This document shows positions 53,938-64,000 of a stretch of DNA of 64,000 bases, piece by piece. Within the stretch, counting starts at the first letter, position 1. Every line of letters begins with the position of its first letter. The notes under the pieces are model-generated. The model saw only the letters and a list, made by a program, of their open reading frames with translations, was not told where the DNA came from and did no database searches. The translations under genes were made by a program, and so were the position numbers. Origin of the DNA: the human T2T-CHM13v2.0 reference genome, Homo sapiens; the NCBI RefSeq assembly GCF_009914755.1, contig NC_060948.1; one strand, written 5' to 3'.

Positions 53938-54590
53938 GTGTTCATGAAAGGAGTCAAACTCTGCAAAATATTTAAAGAGATTTTTTCTGAGCCAAATATG
54001 GGTGACCAATGACCCATAACACAACCCTTCTCAGAAGATCCTCAGAACATGTGCCCAAGATGGTCTGGGAACAGCCTAGTTTTCTGCATTTTAGGGAGAC
54101 ACGAGATATCAATCAAATACATGTAAGATGTACATTTGTTTGGTCCAGAAAGGTGGGACAACTTGAAGTGAGTGGTGGTGCGGGGCTGGGCTTTCAAGTT
54201 ATAGGTATATTTAAATACGTTCTGATTGGCAGTTGGTTGAAAGAGTTATTTTCTGTAGACATAGAAACAATGGATAGGAATGACTGGGTTGCAATAAATA
54301 ATAGGGAGCATAGAGACAAAGTTTATCAAGATGAGGAAGACTCCATGTGGCAGACTTAAAAGAGAATAGGTGGTAAATATTTCTTGTCAAACTTAAGGTC
54401 TGTGTTGATGTTAATGATGGTCAACTTTCCCTAAATTTCAAAAAGGTGGAGTGTATAATGAAGCATGTCTATCCTTCTTTCCTCTCAGGACCTGAACCAA
54501 TTTTAAAAGGCCCTTGGCCAAAAGGAGGGGTCCATTCAGATCCCTGTGGTGGGCAGGTTTGAGGGGAAACTTAAAATTTTATATTTGATT
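53938..54590 (-). mobile_element. MER4-family LTR
   Basis: GAGTCAAACTCTGCAAAATATTTAAAGAGATT...GAGCCAAATATG...AACATGTGCCCAAG is the antisense MER4 signature. Confidence 0.7.
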
Positions 54591-55330
54591 TGTAAGTCTT
54601 TCATTTCTGTCTACAAAAATGTACGCTATTAAACAGTTAGCCTAAGAGAAAAAATGGGGATTCTTGAACACAGAAAAATAGAATATTACAGAACCAACAA
54701 TTTGCCAAACCAAAAACAAAAGCTATAAAATAATCATTCTTCATCAGTTCATTAAATACTATGTAATTGATTCCAGTCTTGCTTGATTTTGTATTAGCAG
54801 TTCCATGAGACCATCAGTTTCTCCACTAGAGTTCTGGATATCATTACTCAGTCCCATAGTATAAACATAAAATTATTGAAACTTTGACATCAGATGCTTG
54901 TGCCCAGAGGACGCATTACAGTTGTTTCCATCGGTATCAGAGGCAGTGCCTTGTTGGAGACAAACATTCTGATCTCTAGCCAGTGCAGATGCAAAAGGAA
55001 AAGCATGATATTGAAATAATAACTACCTGTAAATTAGAAAAGGTGCAAAATGGCCATGGTTAAAAATCTAATGACATTCATTATGTTACAATTAGCAAGA
55101 AAATTTGTTTTCTTCTGTGGCAAACAACATTTAAAATAATGACTAGAATTATGACTCAAGATATTATCCTGGGACATATAATAGATAGGTCATTCACAAA
55201 TTTCCAGGAATTCCATGCAGCTTCCAAAACAAATAACATTTTACCCAAATATATTTACCAAAATATAACCTAGGGAATATTAATCATATTTTCTTATTTG
55301 TATATTGTGTATACTGCTCATTTGAAACTG

Positions 55331-55841
55331 TGCCAAGACCAGCTTAGCTGGGGAGACCCTAACCCGGTGGCACTACAGGAAATAAAGACACACACACAGA
55401 AATCTAGAGGTGTGAAGCAGGAAATCAAGGGTCTCACAGCATTCAGAGCTGAGAGCCTCGAACAGAGATTTACCCACATATTTATTAACAGTAAGCCAGT
55501 CATTGGCATTGTTTCTATAGATATCAAATTAACTAAAAGTATCCCTTATAGGAAATGAAGGGATGGGCTGAATTAAAGGAATAGGTTGGGCTAGTTAATG
55601 GCAGCAGGAGCATATCCTTAAGGCACAGATCAGTCATGTTATTGTTTGTGGCTTAAGAATGCCTTTAAGTGGTTTTCCACCCTCAGCAGGCCAGGTATTC
55701 CCTGCCCTCATTTCTGTAAACCCATAACCTTCCAGCATGGGCTTTATGGCCATCATGCAAATGTCACAGTGCTGCAGAGATTTTGTTTATGACCAGTTTG
55801 GGGCCAGTTTATGGCCAGATTTGGGGGGCCTGTTCCCAACA
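55331..55841 (-). mobile_element. MER9 LTR (3' LTR of the HML-3 element)
   Basis: The minus strand starts TGTTGGGAACAGGCCCCCCAAATCTGGCCATAAACTGGCCC after the PPT AAGAAGGGGGCA. Length 511 bp. Confidence 0.88.
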
Positions 55842-58800
55842 TGCCCCCTTCTTTGATTTTCAAATTGATAAAAGCAAAGTCAGCTTTGTCATGGTGAGCT
55901 ACTTCTTGCAGAAGTCAGAATCCACATCTGCAGACTATATACAGAAAAACAACATAGATTAAAAGCACAATCATCATTAAAATCACAGAGCTTCCCAGTG
56001 TTTTTATCCATTTTAATGGGTTACTAGCTGCGAATCTGTCTGCAGCTCCTTTAAGCACTCCAGATCCTGGCATTAAGGTCAGGTGTGCCTGGGATGTTTT
56101 AAATATTTGTACTTTTAATTTTGCAATATCCAAAAACAAGTTTGTAGAATGTCCTTTTAGATACTATTTTTATGGTTTCCCAAATCTTGATCTTATTAAG
56201 AGCTACTAATAGTTTCTGTAAATCCTTATGTTTAGCTTCTACAATGGGCCATGTCATTTGAGGTTGAGGTACCACTATACTACCATGGTTCCAGATAATA
56301 GGAACTCTTGCAGTACGTCTTATCATTTCTACCATCTGATCATTTTGTTCAGACAAGCTGAACATAGTGTAGCCATGGCACACAGACTGAGAGGTGCAAT
56401 TCAAGCTAAACATCTCCTTAGGGGACCAATCAATCATGATTCCATAGGAATCATTGTGCAGCACCTCTGCCTCTTCTGCAAAGCAATCTTCGTAAACAAG
56501 TAGGTTCATTATTTTTGGCCACATTCTGTTTTATTTACAAATAGGTTTTTGAAGGTGGTATGCCTCAATTATAGGAGCAGATTTATTATGGTAAATACTG
56601 AGATCAGAAAGCATGTGCTACCGTGTCATAGAGTGATTATATTCAGGCATAAGTACCAGCCAGGATTGATAAATATGCCCAATAAGAATAATTGTTCTCT
56701 GTCTCAACCCTTGTTGAAGGAATACTCATGGCAGTGGTGATAACTGCTATCATAGCTACCATTAAATTACTTGTTGTGACTGGTTGTCCCGCTTTCCTCA
56801 GGTTTTCTTCTGCCATCAGTGACAGCTTCTTGATCTGTCCCCAGGTGGTTGACTGTGTTCAATGGGTGTTGCTCATGACAGTTGGGGTCCTCCTCAGCAT
56901 CAACCTCAATATGGCTGCAACTGAGGGGTCCTCAGGATCCTCCCAGAGTCTGGTTCATGATAGGGATTCAGGTGTCTTGATGGTGTCCTAATCGGCTGTT
57001 GATTTTAGTCTGGAAAAACACAAGCATAACCTCTACCCCAAGTTATTATTTTACCTATTTCCCAACTTCTTATTTTTGGATCTCTCCACCCAATCAGTTG
57101 TTCCACTTCTGTCTTTGCAACCAGTTTCTGTAGATGATGTTCAGCTGCTGATAACATCTGGCCTTTGGGCAGGCTCAAAAATTTTAAAGTTAATAATGCT
57201 AGATTTTGTTGCATCTGTGGGGTTCCATATTCTCTATTTCCCCCTTTCTGCCTTTGCAACTGCTGTTTTAGGGAAAGATTTATTCTTTCCACTATGGCTA
57301 GTCCTTGATAATTGTATGGGATACCAGTAATGTGCTTAATATTCCACATAGAGAAAAATGTAGCTAGGGTTTGGATAGCATAGCCTGGGGCATTATCTGT
57401 TTTAGTAGAAGCTGGAATGCCCATCACCACAAAACACTGCAAAAGGTGATGTTTAACACAGGCAGAAGATTCACCTGATTTGCACATAGCCGAGAAAAAG
57501 TGAGAAAATGTGTACACACATACATGTACATAAGCTAGTCTCCCAAACGAGGGTGTATGTGTGACATCCATTTGCCAAAGACAGTTAGGTTCCAATCCTC
57601 AAGGATTAACTCCTGTAAAAGATAAGGAATGTACCAATTGGCAAGTTGGGCATTGCTGGATAATAGTTTTAGCTTATTTCCAGGTAATGCTGTATCTGTG
57701 TTTGAGACCAGAGGCATTAACATGGGTTAAACTGTGAAAGTGTCTAGCATTTGAGACTGGAGGCATTAACATGGGTTAAATTGTGAAAGTGTCTAGCATT
57801 AGATATTGCATTAGCAACTAGGTGGTCAGCCTTTTGATTCCCTTCAGTTAAAGGTCCTTTAAGAGGTATATGAGCCCTAATGTGAGTGATGTAAAAAGGG
57901 TGTATTCTACTTCTAACTGTTGTTTGCAATTGGGTAAATAAAGTCATCGGTTCTTTATCTGTATGAAATCATAACTAAGCATTTTCAATTAACTGTGTGG
58001 AATGAACCATGTATGAAGAATGAGAAATCACATTAATAGGCATTTCAAAAGCAGTAAATATCTCAATTACAGCTATAAGCTCTGCTTTTTGAGCTGAAGT
58101 ATAGGACATCTGCAAATTTTGCTTTTTGAGCTAGAATAAGAAGCTTTACCATACTAGACCCATCTGTAAAACAATGAAAACACTTTGCAGTATACAGGTT
58201 GTTTACCACAGGAATTGTAAATGCAAACCGTTCACAGTCTTGCTCAGCTAAAGGGATAGAAAAGAAACAGTCTTTTCAATCTGGACTATTGAAGGCCAAT
58301 CTTTTGGAATTATAGCAGGAGAAGGCAATCCTTGCTGTAATGCTCCCATAGGTTGTATAACTGAGTTGATGGGTCTTATGTCAGTTAACATTCTCCATTT
58401 ACCTGATTTTTTCCTAATTATGAAAACTAGAGAATTCCAAGGGGAAAAAGTTCAAGCTATGTGCCCATTTTCTAATTGTTCAGTAACTAATTTCTCTAAA
58501 GCCTCCAGTTTCTCTTTATTTAGCAGCCATTGTTCTATCCAAATTTGCTTGTCTCTTAACCACTTTAAAGGTATAGCTTCTGGAGGCTTAACAATGGCCA
58601 CCATCAAAAATGGTATCCTAAACTTTAGCGAGAACTTTGCCTTTCCGCTTGAAGCAGTTTTTTCAAAACTTCCGTTTTTTTTTTTTTCTACTCTCTTACC
58701 AGGGGCATATCCCATTTCATGCATTGCATGTTGACTTTCAGGGCTATATAATTGTTCTGAAATTAGAACTTGTGGTCCCCATTGTTGTAATAAATCTCTT

Positions 58801-59242
58801 CCCCATAAATTTATAGGTACAGAAGTTATAATTGGTTGAACAGTCCCAGGTTGTCCACTGGGCCCTTCACAATGTAAAATAGAGCTACTTTGATATACTT
58901 CAGGGGCTTTACCAACTCCAATTATGTTAAATTGAGCTGGTTGAATTGGCAGTCCAGACAGCCAGTGCTGTAGAGAAATGACTGAAATGTCCACTACTGT
59001 ATCTACCAAACCTTTAAATTTCTTTCCCTCAATAGTTATTTCACAGGCAGGATGTTTATCAGCAATTTGATTTACCCAATAAGCTGCTTTGCCTTGTTTA
59101 TTTGTGCTTCCAAATCCTTCTGTTCATTTAATTTCAAATTTTCCCATTCTCACATATGGCACAATCAGGAGCTGTGTTATACACTCTCCTGGCTCTGCTT
59201 TCCAGGGAACAGAAGTAGATATAATAATTTAATTTCCCCATT
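55331..59242 (-). mobile_element. HERV-K9 / HML-3 provirus fragment (pro, deleted pol, deleted env, 3' LTR)
   Basis: Minus-strand ORFs: protease VDTVVDISVIS..PINLWGRDLLQQWG; RT start PEAIPLKW..WIEQW; RNase H ITHIRAH..GNQKADHL; integrase WQMDVTH..KTDNAPGY..TWGRGYACV; env pieces. The RT core is deleted near 58180. Confidence 0.85.
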
Positions 59243-59984
59243 TATCAGGGGAAATTCAGCCAGATATCAGGCAAAATTCACCCCCAATATTTCACGTAGG
59301 TTCTTTTCTGTTTTCCCTAAGTGTCAGCCAGTCTGAGAAATAAAGGGACAAAGTACAAAAGAGAGAAATTTTAAAGCTGGGTGTCCGGGCAGGACATCAC
59401 ATGCTTGCAGGTTCCGTGATGCCCCCTGAGCCATAAAACCAGCAAGTTATTATTAAGGATTTTCAAAAGGGGAGGGAGTGTACAAATAGGGTGTGGGTCA
59501 CAGAGATCACATGCTTCACAAGGTAATAAGATATCAGAAGGCAAATGGAGGCAGGGTGAGATCACAGGACCACAGGACTGGGGCAAAATTAAAATTGCTC
59601 ATGAAGTTTCAGGCATGCATTGTCATTGATAACATCTTACCAGGAGGCATGGTTTGAGAGCAGACAACCGGTCTGACCAAAATTTATTAGGCAGGAATTT
59701 CCTCATCCTATTAAGCCTGGAAGCACTATGGGAGACTGGGGCTCATTTCTTCCCTACAGCTTTGACCATAAAAGATGGCCACCCCCCAAAGTGGCCATTT
59801 TAGAGGCCTACCCTCAGGGATGCATTCTCTTTCTCAGGGATGTTCCTTGCTGAGAAAAAGAATTCAGCGATATTTTTCCCATTTGCTTTTGAAAGAAGAG
59901 AAATGTGTTTCTGTTCTGCTGGCTCACCGGTGGTCAGATTTTAAGGTTATCTCTCTTGTTCCCTGAACATTGCTGTTATCCTGT
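59243..59984 (-). mobile_element. MER11 (HERV-K11/HML-8) LTR, 5'-truncated
   Basis: The minus strand has ACAGGATAACAGCAATGTTCAGGGAACAAG...GGACACCCAGCTTTAAAATTTCTCTC...CCCCTGATA, matching the 3' two-thirds of MER11. Confidence 0.85.
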
Positions 59985-60249
59985 CTCCCAAATTCTCGAC
60001 CTCTGGAGGCTGAGGTACAAACGGTAACATTTATTGGAAACTCTAGTCCATGAGGAAAGTCTTCATTTCAGAACGTCATTTTTGCTAGGCATTTTTTTTT
60101 CATCCAACGAAACTTACCCCCAAGCAGTATTGTTACCTTGTCTGTTCCTCAGGTAGAGATAAAAAGTAGTAATTATACCACACAGAATCACATGATTATG
60201 AGAAAAGCTATTATATGAAACACATGATAGAGTAGAACTTACATATTTT

Positions 60250-61215
60250 ACTGTTCATATTTTTTTGTGCTTGTTTTCCATATGCGTGTCTTTTAGCGAA
60301 GTGTGTGTTCCACTATTTCTTCATTTTGTAATTGGATTGTTTGTCTTTTATGTTGTTGAGTTATACAATTTCTTTATACATTGTGGATAACACACTGTTG
60401 TCACATATATCATGTGTGAATCTTTCTTTCTGTGGTGTGTCTTTTCACTTTCTTGTCAGTGTCTTTTGTTCCACAAAAGTTTTTAATTTGAGGAATTTAT
60501 TTCTTTATTTGCCTGTGATTTTAGTATCACATCTAAGAAATTACTGCTAAATTCAAGGTTATGAACATTTATCCCTATGTTTTCTTCTAGAGTTTACATT
60601 TTTACCTCTGTTTACATATTAAACTTTTTGAACCATTTTGAGTTAATTTTTGAGGCTTCTGAAGCATTTTGAATTAACTTTTCTACATGTTATGAGGATA
60701 GAGTACAATTTATTTGTCTGAATTTTAGTAGTCAGTGGTCTAACACCATTTGTTGAATTTAATGGTCTTGGCTACATGTCAAAAATCAATTGACTATAGA
60801 GGTATTCTTGGACTCAACATTCAGTTCTATCGATCTATATGTTTGTCCTTATGCTAGTATTATGGTCTTTTTATTACTGTTCCTTTGTAGTAATATTTGA
60901 AATTGAGATCCAAGTTGGTTTTTGTTTTCAAGAATATTTTATCTACTCAGAATGCCTTGAAATTTATATGAATGTTATGACTGGCTTGCCCATTTCTGCC
61001 AAAAGAATTTTGGTGTTTCATAGGAATCACAGTGAATTTGTAGATTGCTTTGTGTATTATTGCCATCATACAAAATATCACCTTTAATCCAGAAACATGG
61101 AGTGTCTTTACATCTATTTAGGGTTTCTGAAATTTATTTCAGCAATATGTTATAATTTTTCATGTCTAAGTCTTGCACCGTGGTTAAATTTAAGCTTAAA
61201 ATATTATTACCACTG
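60250..61215 (-). mobile_element. Old L1M fragment(s)
   Basis: T-rich antisense L1 ORF2 signatures (CCTATGTTTTCTTCTAG, CACCATTTGTTGAA, AAAATCAATTGAC, GAATTTGTAGATTGCTTT). Confidence 0.7.
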
Positions 61216-61219
61216 ATTT

Positions 61220-61379
61220 TGTTGTTGTTTGCGGAAGCGTCTCAGTCTCTGGCCCAGGTGGGAGTGTGGTGGGCGGTGTGCTCACCGCAGCTTCAAACTC
61301 TTTGGCTCGAGCAATCCTTACACCTTTCCCTCCCAAAGAACTGGAATTACAGGCATAAGCCACCACACCACACCTGGCC
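61220..61379 (-). mobile_element. FLAM / AluJ monomer
   Basis: Single diverged Alu arm ending CACCTGGCC. Confidence 0.65.
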
Positions 61380-61619
61380 TTTTTTTTTTTTTTTCTGTTT
61401 TGAATGTTGCCAAGGATGTGTTGCTTTACAGTCAATAAAAATATAGTACTTTGAATTGCCCAAAAGGTATAATGTACAAGAACTCTTAAGTCATATAGTT
61501 GACTTGTTGACCATCTGGATACAGTTCAGTTACTTCTTCAAAAATTGTACCTAGTAACATTCCAAAATTATTTTTTTTAAGTTCTTAACTTGTAGCAATA
61601 AACAAAATGTCAAGACTAG

Positions 61620-62190
<571 letters not shown>

Positions 62191-62354
62191 GATAAAACAT
62201 TTAATATGTTAGGGTTAGATAAAAATCAACATTTTGGCTAAGGTATGAACATTTTTAAAATGCAGTTATTCATTTATGCCTAATTTTCAGCATTTTTATG
62301 TTATCAATTCTCATTTTAAGAGTCATATACAAAGCATAAGGCAAACCCATTTAT

Positions 62355-63385
62355 GAGTTGCATATTTGTTTCACAGTTTGTGAAAATGTCCTTAGTTTGC
62401 TCATATTGCAAACACATTTCAACTCTGCTATGCAAATAACAAAAGGCAACCTTATTTACAATTAATTTTATAGTTACATTGCATACAGGGAATGCACTGT
62501 CTAGATGAAAAATAGCATCTCAACTACAGGTCTTAAACACTGAAAAGAGCTAACAGCTGGCCGGGCTCAGTGGCTCACACCTGTAATCCCAGCACTTTGG
62601 GAGGCCAAGGCGGGGTGGATCATGAGGTCAAGAGATCAAGGCCATCCCGGCTAACATGGGGAAATCCCGTCTCTACTAAAAATGCAAAAAATTAGCCGGG
62701 TGTGGTGGCAGTTGCCTGTAGTCCCAGCTATTCGGGAGGCTGAGGCAGGAGAATGGCGTGGACCCAGGAGGCAGAGCTTGTAGTGAGCGGAGATTGTTCC
62801 ACTGCACTCCAGCCAGGGTGACAAAGTGAGACTCCACCTCAAAAATAAATTGACAGCTTATTATAATTTATTTTATTATATCAATTCATTTTATTTATAT
62901 ACAATCAATTGTATTTACATGCAATCTAGAAAGTTCACAGCCATCAGCAGTTCTAGTGCAGCTTCAGGTAAAATGGGAATTTAGGAATCTCTGTGGAACT
63001 GTACATTCAGTGAAATATTTAGGTAAAATATGTGCATACTTTTGGCTGCACTTGTGAAGGGATGTCTCTCAAATTGACCTCAATGCTTTCCTCCTCAGAA
63101 AAATGACCTGGATCACTCAAACGGGTTTCATTGTTGCTGAGGTTTGTGCATGTTCTCCTTTTACAACAAATTTATGACTCAGGATATATCTGTTTGATAT
63201 CATGGCATTAGGGCTTTCACAAGCATTGTAGGTTTTCTCTTCTTCATCCATTATGTTTTTAAGTAATTCTACTTGAATCCTCAGGAACTTGAATAGTTTT
63301 TGTTAGCCCCACAGCCACTGCAGCCCAGGACCGAATGTAGCAACACAGCCTCTGCTCCAAGGCCACCTTCCATGCCCATCTACCT
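62355..63385 (-). pseudogene. Processed pseudogene of elongin C (ELOC/TCEB1); CDS remnant 63251-62915
   Basis: The minus strand reads [79 protein letters not shown], compared with ELOC MDGEEKTYGGCEGPDAM..ELLMAANFLDC. It is intronless and frameshifted. UTR-like sequence lies on both sides, and the 3' UTR is split by an Alu. Confidence 0.9.
62559..62850 (+). mobile_element. AluY inserted in the ELOC pseudogene 3' UTR
   Basis: AluY diagnostics GAATGGCGTG..GAGCTTG. TSD TAACAGCT / TGACAGCT. Confidence 0.85.
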
Positions 63386-63559
63386 GCCCCTGTGGGTTTT
63401 AGAGCAGTTGGAGTAATCTAGTCCTGTAAGTTTTAATTTGTTTACAAGATTTCATAATTTATTGTTGGTTCCTTATGATTTTATGTATATAAGATTATGA
63501 GATCTATGAGTAGAAAGTTTTACTTTTGTCTTTCACATATGAATATGTTGGTATATATT

Positions 63560-64000
63560 TGTCTTTTCTAATTGTTCTGGATGGAAGTTCTAAAACAATG
63601 TTGAATACAGTGATGAAAGTGGGCATCAGTGCTACATTCCTAATCTTAAAGATTTGGTACACAGCAGCTCAGATGATGATTGTTATGTGCTTCACATAAA
63701 GATGTTTTATCATATCAAAGAAATTCAAACCCATTTTTTGGATGTTTGTATTATTAAATTTGTTGACTATATTTAAGTAGTTTCTGTAACAGTTGAGATA
63801 AACATGTAGTGTTTTTTCATCATTTAATTTACATAATATATTGAAAAGGGATGGCTTTAGAATGTTGAAAAACCCGTGATTTTCTGAAAAAAGAACTTAG
63901 TCATTCAGGTGTGTAATGTCTTCACTATGTACCTAATTCCATGTACTAGTATTTGTTTAAACATTATGATGTCTATAATTATCAGATTTGTTAATATTTA
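63560..64000 (-). mobile_element. Old L1M fragment
   Basis: ACAATGTTGAATACAGTGATGAAAGTGGGCATC is an antisense L1 ORF2 signature. Confidence 0.65.

Noticed and set aside
57005-57595. 196-aa integrase ORF as a functional or domesticated gene
   Set aside because: The zinc-finger region is frameshifted and the RT is deleted; this is an ordinary proviral remnant.

Overview
Primate (very likely human) Y-chromosome ampliconic DNA. No intact conventional protein gene is visible. Bases 1-38.1 kb are a degenerate ~2.3-2.55 kb tandem macrosatellite matching the Y 'NORF' unit (possibly SST1/MER22-related). It switches orientation at ~28,197, forming an imperfect palindrome. It hosts the testis lncRNA TTTY13, whose recalled 58-aa putative peptide can be spliced out exactly at 21278-21205 + 20609-20507 (minus strand). 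Two proviruses interrupt the array: a decayed HERV-E (LTR2-type, 2502-10549) and a pol-deleted HERV-K14C/HML-9 (11292-17283) with an AluYd in its 5' LTR. Bases 38-64 kb hold Alu/L1/L2/THE1/MER4 repeats, a 5'-truncated TSPY-family pseudogene, a truncated HERV-K9/HML-3 capped by a MER11 LTR, and a processed ELOC pseudogene. The best leads are: (1) a Rec-like doubly spliced ORF in the HML-9 provirus with all four splice sites retained; (2) intact NRF1 motifs and CpG retention in the two array units flanking the inversion, one of which carries an open two-exon 209-codon frame; (3) a piece of the host array captured inside the HERV-E env. Family names come from recalled consensus sequences, not database searches. 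Coordinates of old repeats are approximate.
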